Position numbers and translations under genes: made by a program. Below, one piece after another: positions 37,679 through 45,514 of a stretch of 64,000 nt of DNA. Source of the stretch: a virus (taxonomy: Duplodnaviria > Caudoviricetes). How positions within the stretch are numbered: the first letter of the stretch is position 1; each line of letters begins with the position of its first letter. Location of the stretch: the IMG/VR virus record IMGVR_UViG_2061766007_000586, positions 192,001 to 256,000 of that record, one strand, 5' to 3'. The notes beneath the pieces were generated by a model, which was given only the letters and a program-made list of their open reading frames with translations, did no database searches and was not told the DNA's origin.

Positions 37679-39160
37679 TTAACCAACCGTGATCTTTGCA
37701 TAACGTTCTGCGTTCAGAACGTTAAGCATCATCTCGATTGGCGTATCGGTGATGGCTCTCATCACATTCTTGAAGGATGAAACGGCTTGGCCCGAGCAGC
37801 AGATAGCACCCTTCCTGTCTTTATCGACGTGGAAGGTATCGTGCCTTGACTCTACGTTCCAGAATACGATACCAGGAATCTGGTATCCTTCTTCTTCGAA
37901 ACGTTTCTTGAGAGAATCATAGAACACCCAGTCAGTGTAGCGAGTACCTTCATCGATTTCCATATCGGAAATGATGATGATAGCCTTCGGCATATCTTCT
38001 GGAGCAACATGATGCTCTGTTGCGATCTTGAGAATCTTCTCAAACGCAGCTTCCAGATTTGTCGAACCACCCCAATCATTAGTATTGATACTTTGGAGTT
38101 TCTGAGCGAGCGTCTGACCCTTCAGGTGATGAAGAGTACAGTTCGAAGAGAACGACATCCACAGGTCCTTATAAGGACCTACGTTACGTTCGGCAAAGTA
38201 AATTGCCAAACCAACTGCAGATGCCATAGGACGACCAGCCATACTTCCCGAAGTATCGGCGATTACGATTGCAGACGAATTGCCTACAACGTAGTTCGGA
38301 AGGGACTTCCACTGACCTTCGACGATAGGATCTTCTTCGAAAGTGACCCCATTCCAATCCCATCTTCTTCCTATGTACTTTTCCACAAGATTGTACGGAT
38401 ACAGAGTACCAGCATTGATCTTGGCAGTACCGGCTGTGAGATTCTTGAGATAATCGAAGAAACGATCTCCATCGTGTTTCGGAAATGCCATCTTGTAGCG
38501 AAGCATGGCATGACTCGGAACAGCTTCGTAGTTGATTTCGTTCCAAGTACCATTCGACATGTGTGTTTCCACAATGTTGATGTACTTCCTCAAGCCACGA
38601 AGAAGACGCTTGAACATGCGTACTTCCATTCCGAACTTCAGGGCAGTCATGATGCCAAGTTTACGGGTCTCTTTGGAAGATCCGTCTGGAGTTTTAATCC
38701 ACTTGGCAAGAAGACTTACCGGCTTGTTCTGTCCCATGGCTTCAAGATCAGCCACGAACTGCTTCTTCATCGAAACCCACATATCGTCCTCTAAAGGAGT
38801 TCCGATCAGTGTGTATAAGTCGTCATAACGACCATACTCACCAATCAGATCGATATTGGGTCTGATACATTCCGGGTAGTGCTGGGCAGCATACTTCAGA
38901 ATCTGACGGAATGATTTCCTCTCACCGAGGCCTTCTCTTACATCACGACTGTAAAAGAGGCATCTCGTGGCGAGAAGTTTGTCCTCTGCATAGGCGTCAG
39001 AGAACAGACGTTCGATGCGGGTCTGCTCCGTGTTACGAAGAGCACCGCAGACACTGAAAAAGTCCAGAACTTTACTACCTGTCGTGTTAAGACAGGTAGC
39101 TCCATTTTCGGTGCGAGAGTGGGTTGCTTCCTTTGCGAAAGCGTTTGCAAATGTTGTCAT
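37679..39160 (-). CDS. DUF2828-family Ro60/TROVE-like protein with C-terminal vWA domain
   Basis: TENGA, LDFF, RDVREGLGER, YGRYDDL and LLAKW helical region; vWA MIDAS DTSGSM, WGGSTN, ISDMEID and IVFWNV. Start MTTFANAF after AAAGGAG. Confidence 0.85.
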   Translation of the reverse strand: MTTFANAFAKEATHSRTENGATCLNTTGSKVLDFFSVCGALRNTEQTRIERLFSDAYAEDKLLATRCLFYSRDVREGLGERKSFRQILKYAAQHYPECIRPNIDLIGEYGRYDDLYTLIGTPLEDDMWVSMKKQFVADLEAMGQNKPVSLLAKWIKTPDGSSKETRKLGIMTALKFGMEVRMFKRLLRGLRKYINIVETHMSNGTWNEINYEAVPSHAMLRYKMAFPKHDGDRFFDYLKNLTAGTAKINAGTLYPYNLVEKYIGRRWDWNGVTFEEDPIVEGQWKSLPNYVVGNSSAIVIADTSGSMAGRPMASAVGLAIYFAERNVGPYKDLWMSFSSNCTLHHLKGQTLAQKLQSINTNDWGGSTNLEAAFEKILKIATEHHVAPEDMPKAIIIISDMEIDEGTRYTDWVFYDSLKKRFEEEGYQIPGIVFWNVESRHDTFHVDKDRKGAICCSGQAVSSFKNVMRAITDTPIEMMLNVLNAERYAKITVG

Positions 39161-39174
39161 AATAAAGCTCCTTT

Positions 39175-39234
39175 CATGACACGTTAAATGCATAAATTTG
39201 CAGTTTATGAAATTGGGTTTGCTGTTAGCGTCAC
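39175..39234 (-). ncRNA. ACAGCAA-module element a (abuts the DUF2828 RBS)
   Basis: TGACGC-TAACAGCAAA...CATAAA-CTGCAAA-TTTATG...GTGTCATG. Confidence 0.7.
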
Positions 39235-39244
39235 ATTCACTAAA

Positions 39245-39302
39245 CAGGACACGGAATAATAACTAAAAAGTAATTATTTGATTGATTTGCTGGATGTGCC
39301 CC
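39245..39302 (-). ncRNA. ACAGCAA-module element b
   Basis: GGGCAC-ATCCAGCAAA...AT-rich hairpin...GTGTCCTG. Confidence 0.65.
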
Positions 39303-39327
39303 AATGGTGATAAAGGATCTAAAGAAA

Positions 39328-39579
39328 TAGAAAGAGTAGGATTGGATACCTACATTTCAGCTTGAGGATTGCTTTTTGTTCGAAGTTGCAATCTTACTTC
39401 ACCTAGTTAATCTTCTTGGCGATGGCGCAATACTTACTTTCGCGTAAGCATGCAGTTACACTAGAATTTAATAATAGATAAAGTTTTGTTTGCTGTAAAT
39501 GCCACATACATGACATTCTTCCAAACTTTGTTCTAGTTGATTTACATCTCTATAAATCAACTTATTGAACTATCTTTCT
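39328..39579 (-). ncRNA. 252-nt tRNA-derived RNA c with D-loop, anticodon-arm (ACAGCAA module) and variable-arm insertions
   Basis: Acceptor AGAAAGA/TCTTTCT, D-stem GTTC/GAAC, stem AAAGTTT/AAACTTT enclosing AATGTCAT..GTGGCATT-TACAGCAAA, T-stem GTAGG/CCTAC. Confidence 0.7.
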
Positions 39580-39593
39580 AAAATACGAAAAGA

Positions 39594-39707
39594 TGAGCAG
39601 AGTAGGACTCGAACCTACATTCCGAGATTACTAATCTAAGTATCTTGCAGTTAATGACCTGAGAAGGACATATTTTTACGTGTTCTCTCCTGTTGAACTA
39701 TCTGCTC
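39594..39707 (-). ncRNA. tRNA-like RNA d (AGT anticodon) with a 41-nt module insertion (39638-39678)
   Basis: Removing the insert restores CGAGA-TTAGTAA-TCTCG and a 73-nt cloverleaf with TTCGAGT T-loop; no encoded CCA. Confidence 0.75.
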
Positions 39708-39718
39708 GTAAAGTGAAA

Positions 39719-39766
39719 CAGGACGCATTGATCATTTATTGATGATAAATTGCTGTGAGCGTCCCA
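39719..39766 (-). ncRNA. ACAGCAA-module element e
   Basis: GGGACGC-TCACAGCAA-TTT-ATCAT/ATGAT-CAAT-GCGTCCTG. Confidence 0.7.
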
Positions 39767-39771
39767 GAAAA

Positions 39772-39906
39772 TGGTGGAGAGGGTAGGATTTTCACCTACA
39801 CATAGAAGTCCATTGATCTATTTAATTAAAAATAAATTTGCGGCGAGTGTCACACTGCAACATGACACCACATAAATACTTCTTGCTCTAATTGAGCTAC
39901 CTCTCC
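39772..39906 (-). ncRNA. tRNA-like RNA f with the module replacing the anticodon loop
   Basis: GGAGAGG/CCTCTCC-ACCA, D-arm GCTC/GAGC, AGAAGT/ACTTCT enclosing GTGTCATG..TGTGACAC-TCGCCGCAAA. Confidence 0.75.
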
Positions 39907-39954
39907 AAAAGGTACAGTAGAGATATATATAATCGTAATTTATTTGAGTTAAAA

Positions 39955-40031
39955 TGGTACACCAGACGGGGTTCGAACCCATGACCCTCTGCTTAGAAGG
40001 CAGATGCTCTATCCTACTGAGCTACTGGTGC
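39955..40031 (-). tRNA. tRNA-Arg(TCT)
   Basis: CT-TCT-AA loop, ACCA end. Confidence 0.95.
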
Positions 40032-40513
40032 ACATTATCTGATTCTAATGGAGACCTTACGGTTTGTTCAAGTTTAGTGAAAAACAATACTTCAAAACCT
40101 ATTATACCATTTGCGTTTAACCAATCTGCTACTAAATGTCTATGACAAAATTCCATAGGTTTTTCATAGCAAATTAAACATGGTTGTTTTCCGTCAGTTT
40201 TTTCAAGCAATTCTGACATAACTTGTTTTGGATCTAGTTTACCTAAAATTTCTTCATTGAAGCGTTTTGTGTAAATTTCATTATCGTGGTGGTTGAATTT
40301 CCAATCACTGTAAATACTCCAGGAAGGTGCTAGTTTTTTATACTGAATCCCAGAATACCAATCAGGTGCTTTACCACAGATAGAGACAGGAACTATAGAA
40401 CCAGGCATGTTTAGAATATCATTAAGTTTAGCAAAATATGAAGTTCTAAACTCTTGCCATTGAATTTCTTTCCCATTTATAGTAAGTGGCCATATAGGTT
40501 GTAAGTTTGACAT
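40022..40513 (-). CDS. DUF488-family protein
   Basis: TSYFAK, LAPSW and CLICYEKPMEFCHRHLVADWL; likely start MSNLQ; stop codon lies within the 5' end of tRNA-Arg. Confidence 0.8.
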   Translation of the reverse strand: MSNLQPIWPLTINGKEIQWQEFRTSYFAKLNDILNMPGSIVPVSICGKAPDWYSGIQYKKLAPSWSIYSDWKFNHHDNEIYTKRFNEEILGKLDPKQVMSELLEKTDGKQPCLICYEKPMEFCHRHLVADWLNANGIIGFEVLFFTKLEQTVRSPLESDNVHQ

Positions 40514-40530
40514 TTTGATTTTCCTTAAAA

Positions 40531-40604
40531 TGGTAGTCCCGTCGGGATTTGAACCCAAACTAACTGGACCAAAACCAGTTGTGCTGCCATTACACCACAG
40601 GACT
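40531..40604 (-). tRNA. tRNA-Gln(TTG)
   Basis: TT-TTG-GT loop, ACCA end. Confidence 0.92.
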
Positions 40605-40680
40605 ATTTATACTTTCGTATACAATATCAAATATACACAAAAATATATTGTGGATGCAGGATAAAACCTGCATCCGTTTG

Positions 40681-41091
40681 TTACTTATTTTTAAAGTAGT
40701 TGATACAGTTTTGCATAAACCAAATAAATGGATTAAGCAAAAATCTGTATGCACGAAGTTCTTCTGTATCTTGTACGGTTGGATTTACTAATGCATTATC
40801 AATTGCATTTTGTATAGCTTTTTTGGGAGTAAGCCCAGTAGCTATAATCCAATCTTTAGAAGAATTAAACTCAATAGTCCTGGCAAAGATAATTTCACCA
40901 TGCCCAGCGGACTTATTGATGTAGCAGACATATTGATCGTTGAAATGAAGTCTATTGTCAGTAGGGTCTAATTTCCTGACATAAATGCACTTTTTACCAT
41001 ACATGTTTCCGTAAAAATTATGATTATTAATACATGCAGGTCTAAAGTCGTGTTCAAGTAACCAATATATCTCGTTAAAGTCTGCAGTCAT
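40681..41091 (-). CDS. hypothetical protein
   Basis: 136 aa downstream of a TATATTAC motif at 41179. Confidence 0.65.
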   Translation of the reverse strand: MTADFNEIYWLLEHDFRPACINNHNFYGNMYGKKCIYVRKLDPTDNRLHFNDQYVCYINKSAGHGEIIFARTIEFNSSKDWIIATGLTPKKAIQNAIDNALVNPTVQDTEELRAYRFLLNPFIWFMQNCINYFKNK

Positions 41092-41261
41092 AAATTTTCC
41101 CTATGGTTAGTTAATCTTCAACTGCGAATATATAAACTACACGAGGTAGAGAGATGTTACATGACCCATAACATAATAGTAATATATGTATTAAATAAAA
41201 ATGAAAGAAAAAAGAACCCAGGATTGCTCCTGGGTTTTTCGCCGTTAGGCAGTCGTTTCAG

Positions 41262-41423
41262 TTAGGCAGTGGCTTCAGCCGACTCGTCAGCTTCAGCATT
41301 TTTCTCTGCGTCAGCTGCTTTGTTGGCATCATGTTCCCACTTTTTGCCGATGGCGTAGCAGGTACCAAAGGTACCGATGACTCCGAGGACGACTCCGGCG
41401 GCGAGAATGGCGATGACTTTCAT
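41262..41423 (-). CDS. small membrane protein
   Basis: Start MKVIAIL after AAGGAG; N-terminal TM and acidic tail. Confidence 0.65.
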   Translation of the reverse strand: MKVIAILAAGVVLGVIGTFGTCYAIGKKWEHDANKAADAEKNAEADESAEATA

Positions 41424-41466
41424 AGTTGAACTCCTTATGTTGAGTTGGTTGTTAAAGGCATTTGCC

Positions 41467-41886
41467 TTAGGATTTGTGAATGGCGAGATCAATTCCGACA
41501 GCAGCCGATGCAATCAGAATACCGATCGAGACGAAACCGACTTTGGTCCAGAACGATGTTTTCTTCGGCTGGGCTTCGACAGCAGTCCATATTTCCCAAC
41601 GGAATTTGGCACCGTCGGGAAGCTTGTCAGCACCGAGAGGAAGTCTGGGCCCATCGTACTGGGCCACACAAACCACATCGCCGGGCTTGACTGCCGTAGA
41701 GACACGATTGAAATCCACCTGCTTTCCGAGAAGATCAGAAAGGATCTTGGCGGTGTCTTCGTGGCCGACCACAGAAGTGGCATCTTTCGCCTGAGCTTTG
41801 AAGGTTTCAAGATCAACGATCTTGACGTCGAAGTGCATGTCGTTATGGACCATGCCGGAACTGAAAACGTTGTTGAGGTACTTCAT
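41467..41886 (-). CDS. DUF1874 (STIV B116/YddF-like) protein with C-terminal TM
   Basis: YLNNVFS, SVVGHEDTAKILS, FNRV, GD, PRLPLG. Confidence 0.8.
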   Translation of the reverse strand: MKYLNNVFSSGMVHNDMHFDVKIVDLETFKAQAKDATSVVGHEDTAKILSDLLGKQVDFNRVSTAVKPGDVVCVAQYDGPRLPLGADKLPDGAKFRWEIWTAVEAQPKKTSFWTKVGFVSIGILIASAAVGIDLAIHKS

Positions 41887-41910
41887 ATTCGAATCTCCTT
41901 ATGTTGTTTG

Positions 41911-42276
41911 TTAAACCGAGTAGAAACACTGATGTATGAGACTTGCGAGATTCCAGTACTTATGGTCTTTGGCAAGTTGTTCTTCGTACTTCAGCTGTTG
42001 ACATTTCTCTGTACGAGAAAGGTTGTTGTTGTGAGTAATTTCCGTTACACGGTTTCTGATCGCTTCTTCGCTGTAGTAATTATCAGCAGTAGAGTTGGTT
42101 TTGCTGTTGGCCGTGATTCCTTTTTCCGCAAGAATACGTTCAACTTCTTCATGAACGAGCTGCTGAAGCATATTTGCAAACTCTTCCTGCTTGCGACGTT
42201 CTTTCATAGTTTCAGCATAATTGTCAAGCTGCTGACCGACTGCGGTGAGGAAAGCATTTGCGAAAGTGTTGTTCAT
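41911..42276 (-). CDS. hypothetical protein
   Basis: 121 aa with RBS AAGGAG. Confidence 0.7.
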   Translation of the reverse strand: MNNTFANAFLTAVGQQLDNYAETMKERRKQEEFANMLQQLVHEEVERILAEKGITANSKTNSTADNYYSEEAIRNRVTEITHNNNLSRTEKCQQLKYEEQLAKDHKYWNLASLIHQCFYSV

Positions 42277-42296
42277 AATCGATACTCCTTATTGAG

Positions 42297-42590
42297 TTAG
42301 TTTTTGGCGATGAAAATTCCACCAGCTATTGCTGCGACTGCGCCGATGACTGCAGTAACACCGAGGGCTGGAAGAACGACGTAGTGAAAAGGATCTTCTT
42401 TACGAAGACGAGCTTTCAAAGTTTTGAGCCTTCTTTTATATATTGCAACATTTTCCATGTAACCAAGAGCAAATTCTTGATCACGGAAACGTTCACAATC
42501 CCGAATGCATTCTTTGATTTTTTCGACTTTGTTAGGAGCGAAGAAGATCTCATTGTCTTCACGAAAGAACTGATCTTTGAAGAATTCCAT
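42297..42590 (-). CDS. tail-anchored membrane protein
   Basis: C-terminal hydrophobic helix; RBS. Confidence 0.7.
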   Translation of the reverse strand: MEFFKDQFFREDNEIFFAPNKVEKIKECIRDCERFRDQEFALGYMENVAIYKRRLKTLKARLRKEDPFHYVVLPALGVTAVIGAVAAIAGGIFIAKN

Positions 42591-42605
42591 AAGTGTTCTC
42601 CTTAC

Positions 42606-42854
42606 TTAAGTGTTGTAAGTAATTCCTAAAGCAATAGCACCGATGGCTCCAACAATTGCTAAAACTGTGAGAGCAGAAATGACGTGCTTGGAATGTTCTT
42701 TCAATTCCTTTTCAGCTTTCTGCTTAGCAGCTTCAGCGTCCTGACGAGCAGCTTCGGCTTCTTGAATCAGCTCATTCATAAGATCAGTTGTCCCATTAGG
42801 ATACATCCGATTGATGAGCTCTAACTGGCGTTTACGTCTGTGAGGATTAGCCAT
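42606..42854 (-). CDS. tail-anchored membrane protein
   Basis: Coiled coil plus C-terminal TM; RBS; promoter variant at 42898. Confidence 0.7.
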   Translation of the reverse strand: MANPHRRKRQLELINRMYPNGTTDLMNELIQEAEAARQDAEAAKQKAEKELKEHSKHVISALTVLAIVGAIGAIALGITYNT

Positions 42855-42968
42855 GATGATTCTCCTTATTAGAAGTTTTTATTCATAGTTCACTGTAGCA
42901 ATATATACGTGACGGATTTTGATCTACATTCTATAGTCTTATCCTATTTAATATAAGGAGATAACATT

Positions 42969-43901
42969 ATGCCTAAAAACGGAAAGTACAAGGTTCTCTG
43001 CCTGGTTGGTGGAGGAAAGTTCGGAGCAATCCCTGCTAAATTCTTATCCTACGTTTCTAAGCCAACGGATGATGGGAAAGAAGGTGCTCTGTCTGAAGTT
43101 GACTTCTTATCAGGAACTTCAATTGGTGGTATTTTAGCAGCAGGTTATTCTGCTGGTCATACCTTCAAAGAAGTATCTGAAATGTTCAACAAGAGAGCAA
43201 AAGATTGCTTTGTGAAAAGATGGCAAGCAAAAATTTCACCACTTGCTTGTCCTACTTATAAAGGTGAAGCCTTACGTGAAGTAATTCACGACATTATTGG
43301 TGATCTTACTTTAGGTCAAACCAAAGAAGTTTATCCACATCTTTCTACAGTAATTCCTGCATTGGATCTTACTGCTGACGATTATCTGGTTTTCCAGACA
43401 ATTAAGAAGAATGATAATTGGGATGTTCCTTTGGTTGACGTTGCACAAATGACATCTGCTGCTCAGACATATTTCCCCGGAGTTAACTTCCGAGGTCATT
43501 GTATAGTAGATGCAGGTGTGATCGATGTTCCTTCATTAATCACATGTTCTACATCTGTACGTGGAAAAGGTGGTATTCACTTTGAAGACATGGATGTACT
43601 CTTAGTGGGTATTGGTGATGATAGTAATGCCGCTCATTGCGATCCTATTACACCTGAAAAGTACAACAAGTATACAGTTGTTGAAGTCTTATTAAAGGTA
43701 ATTAGACCTTACCTGACTTTTGGCAATAAACTTGCAACCCTTTATTGGGGAAGACATATGGAATTCAATTCCTTTACGTACTTTAATCCTATTAAAATTT
43801 CCGGTGATCTTGACGATCCGACAGACGTACCGCAACTCATGGATGAGTGTGAAAAATACAAAGACGAGTTTATTCAAACTTGGAATAGCTGGTTAGCTTA
43901 A
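42969..43901 (+). CDS. patatin-like phospholipase
   Basis: LVGGG oxyanion motif, GTSIG nucleophile elbow, SAAQTYF and VDAG. Confidence 0.88.
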   Translation: MPKNGKYKVLCLVGGGKFGAIPAKFLSYVSKPTDDGKEGALSEVDFLSGTSIGGILAAGYSAGHTFKEVSEMFNKRAKDCFVKRWQAKISPLACPTYKGEALREVIHDIIGDLTLGQTKEVYPHLSTVIPALDLTADDYLVFQTIKKNDNWDVPLVDVAQMTSAAQTYFPGVNFRGHCIVDAGVIDVPSLITCSTSVRGKGGIHFEDMDVLLVGIGDDSNAAHCDPITPEKYNKYTVVEVLLKVIRPYLTFGNKLATLYWGRHMEFNSFTYFNPIKISGDLDDPTDVPQLMDECEKYKDEFIQTWNSWLA

Positions 43902-43939
43902 AGTACTATGGCCGTAAGGCAACAGTATCATAATAGTGT

Positions 43940-43969
43940 GATGGTAGACGGGAATTCCCGTCTACCATC
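43940..43969 (+). terminator. intrinsic terminator hairpin
   Basis: GATGGTAGACGGG-AATT-CCCGTCTACCATC. Confidence 0.7.
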
Positions 43970-44021
43970 CTTTGTAGTTTTTAACAAAAAAACAACCCGT
44001 CTTACGACGGGTTGTTAAGTG

Positions 44022-44318
44022 TCACTGTTCTTCGGTAAAGCGAACAGATTTGATTGGAGCCTGTTTCGGATCAAACTCTCCAATTTGGGTACAGGTCAAG
44101 TTGCTGTCCAGAAGACCTTCGATTTCGAAATCATCGATCAGCCCGCCATCACCGTCATACTCACCGACAACGACTGATGCTTTCTCAGTATTGAAGTTAA
44201 GTTCGATTGTGTGATGATTTTCGTTGTTTTCGAAGCTGATAGAATCGATATTGTTTTCCTGCATGATCTTTCTGAGATCGTTCAGAAAATTCGTGACGCT
44301 TTCTTTTACGGTTTTCAT
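44022..44318 (-). CDS. hypothetical protein (paralog of 45195..45410)
   Basis: FLxDLRKIMxxNxI shared with 45195. Confidence 0.65.
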   Translation of the reverse strand: MKTVKESVTNFLNDLRKIMQENNIDSISFENNENHHTIELNFNTEKASVVVGEYDGDGGLIDDFEIEGLLDSNLTCTQIGEFDPKQAPIKSVRFTEEQ

Positions 44319-44326
44319 TTTTCTCC

Positions 44327-44563
44327 TTATTGAGCTTTATATTTTGTTGGTTCAATCTCAATGGGATGTCTCCAGAGATCGAAATATTTGTCAGAGAGTA
44401 CTTTGAGAAATTCCGGCGCTTCTACAGTATATTTTTCCTCAAATCCTTCTATTGCTGCGAGTTCCGCAACAAGGTATGCGTATTTTTCTTCCACCGGAAT
44501 ATTTGACGTTATTACACGAAGTACCCGGTCGTACAGTTTGTCACTTAGGGTTTTTTCTTCCAT
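44327..44563 (-). CDS. hypothetical protein
   Basis: 78 aa with RBS. Confidence 0.65.
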   Translation of the reverse strand: MEEKTLSDKLYDRVLRVITSNIPVEEKYAYLVAELAAIEGFEEKYTVEAPEFLKVLSDKYFDLWRHPIEIEPTKYKAQ

Positions 44564-44579
44564 AGAAAACTCCTTAATG

Positions 44580-44903
44580 TTATTTCCAGTCCTTCATTTT
44601 GTGTTCTGAAAAGACCTCAGGAAGTTGAACTTCGTCAAGTGAATTGACGAAACGGATTTTACGAATTTCTCCCGAAAATTCCAGTTGTTTTCCGGCTTGA
44701 TTTCCGACGATAATAAGTTCATCAATCGGAAGACCGAAGAAATAGTTTTCGAGTTCATCAATGTTATCGATGACACACTGGATAGGTTCACTGTCAAGTT
44801 CCTCGAATCTGGTTTTGTATCTTAATGAATTAAGATCCAGATCGAAATAAACGTCCATCTTGTTTAAGATGAAACGATCTCTTCCACATTGAATAAAGTT
44901 CAT
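44580..44903 (-). CDS. hypothetical protein
   Basis: 107 aa with RBS and ATGA coupling. Confidence 0.65.
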   Translation of the reverse strand: MNFIQCGRDRFILNKMDVYFDLDLNSLRYKTRFEELDSEPIQCVIDNIDELENYFFGLPIDELIIVGNQAGKQLEFSGEIRKIRFVNSLDEVQLPEVFSEHKMKDWK

Positions 44904-45181
44904 GAGATGCTCCTTTTGCTCAGTTCTTCTTGGATTTCGATAAGCTTTGCTTCGAGTTGGTCAAAAGTGAGATATCCTTCGACACCACCACCGGATAAGC
45001 AATCGAGATCGACTGTTTTGTTTCCGCTAAAAACACCAACTTCCCACAGTCCAAGCTCTCCTCCATATGAACCTTGTTTCATGATAATGGAGATTTCTAA
45101 CCCATTTTCGAGTTGGATTTTTCCGTCGATTCCGGCCGGGAACGTCGTGACTGCAAATTTTGCATCAGAGAATTTCTTCAT
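44900..45181 (-). CDS. conserved phage hypothetical protein
   Basis: NGLEISII...SYGGELGLWEVGV...VEGYLT pattern. Confidence 0.7.
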   Translation of the reverse strand: MKKFSDAKFAVTTFPAGIDGKIQLENGLEISIIMKQGSYGGELGLWEVGVFSGNKTVDLDCLSGGGVEGYLTFDQLEAKLIEIQEELSKRSIS

Positions 45182-45194
45182 AGTAACCTCCTGA

Positions 45195-45410
45195 TTAGTT
45201 TTTGAGTTTGGAAATCATCTGATCGATTTCTTTTTCTCCGATGATGCATTCTTTCATAGGAGAACTCATGATTGTGAATTCTTTGCCTTCTTTCGGTTTG
45301 ATACCAAGAAAAGCGTAATCGTCACTCACGAAGCCGAGAGTGATATCGTTGTCGTGCATGATCTTACGAAGGTCTTTCAGGAATTTGATCATTTTGATTT
45401 CGTTTTTCAT
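45195..45410 (-). CDS. hypothetical protein
   Basis: 71 aa with RBS and promoter variant at 45455. Confidence 0.65.
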   Translation of the reverse strand: MKNEIKMIKFLKDLRKIMHDNDITLGFVSDDYAFLGIKPKEGKEFTIMSSPMKECIIGEKEIDQMISKLKN

Positions 45411-45514
45411 AAGAACGTCTCCTATAATAGTTAGAGTTAAGTTAGATTATAATAGTTATATATAAATTAAAAAAATTCATATACATTATCTAATGAACTT
45501 AACTGGAGGTACTT

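Noticed and set aside
38009-38794. 261-aa + strand ORF
   Set aside because: Antisense to the DUF2828 gene; no RBS or motif.
39328-39579. tmRNA
   Set aside because: No Ala acceptor identity (G3-U70, CCA), it retains a D-stem, and no convincing tag ORF was found.
39175-39906. CRISPR array or canonical YrlA Y RNAs
   Set aside because: The repeats are short structural motifs with irregular spacing. YrlA's permuted T-before-D order and GGUCCGA stem are not seen.
41911-42276. N-terminal TFANAF shared with the DUF2828 protein
   Set aside because: Six residues only with no further similarity; may be coincidence.
41377-42300. 307-aa + strand ORF
   Set aside because: Antisense shadow of three minus-strand genes that have clear RBSs and a recognisable DUF1874 domain.
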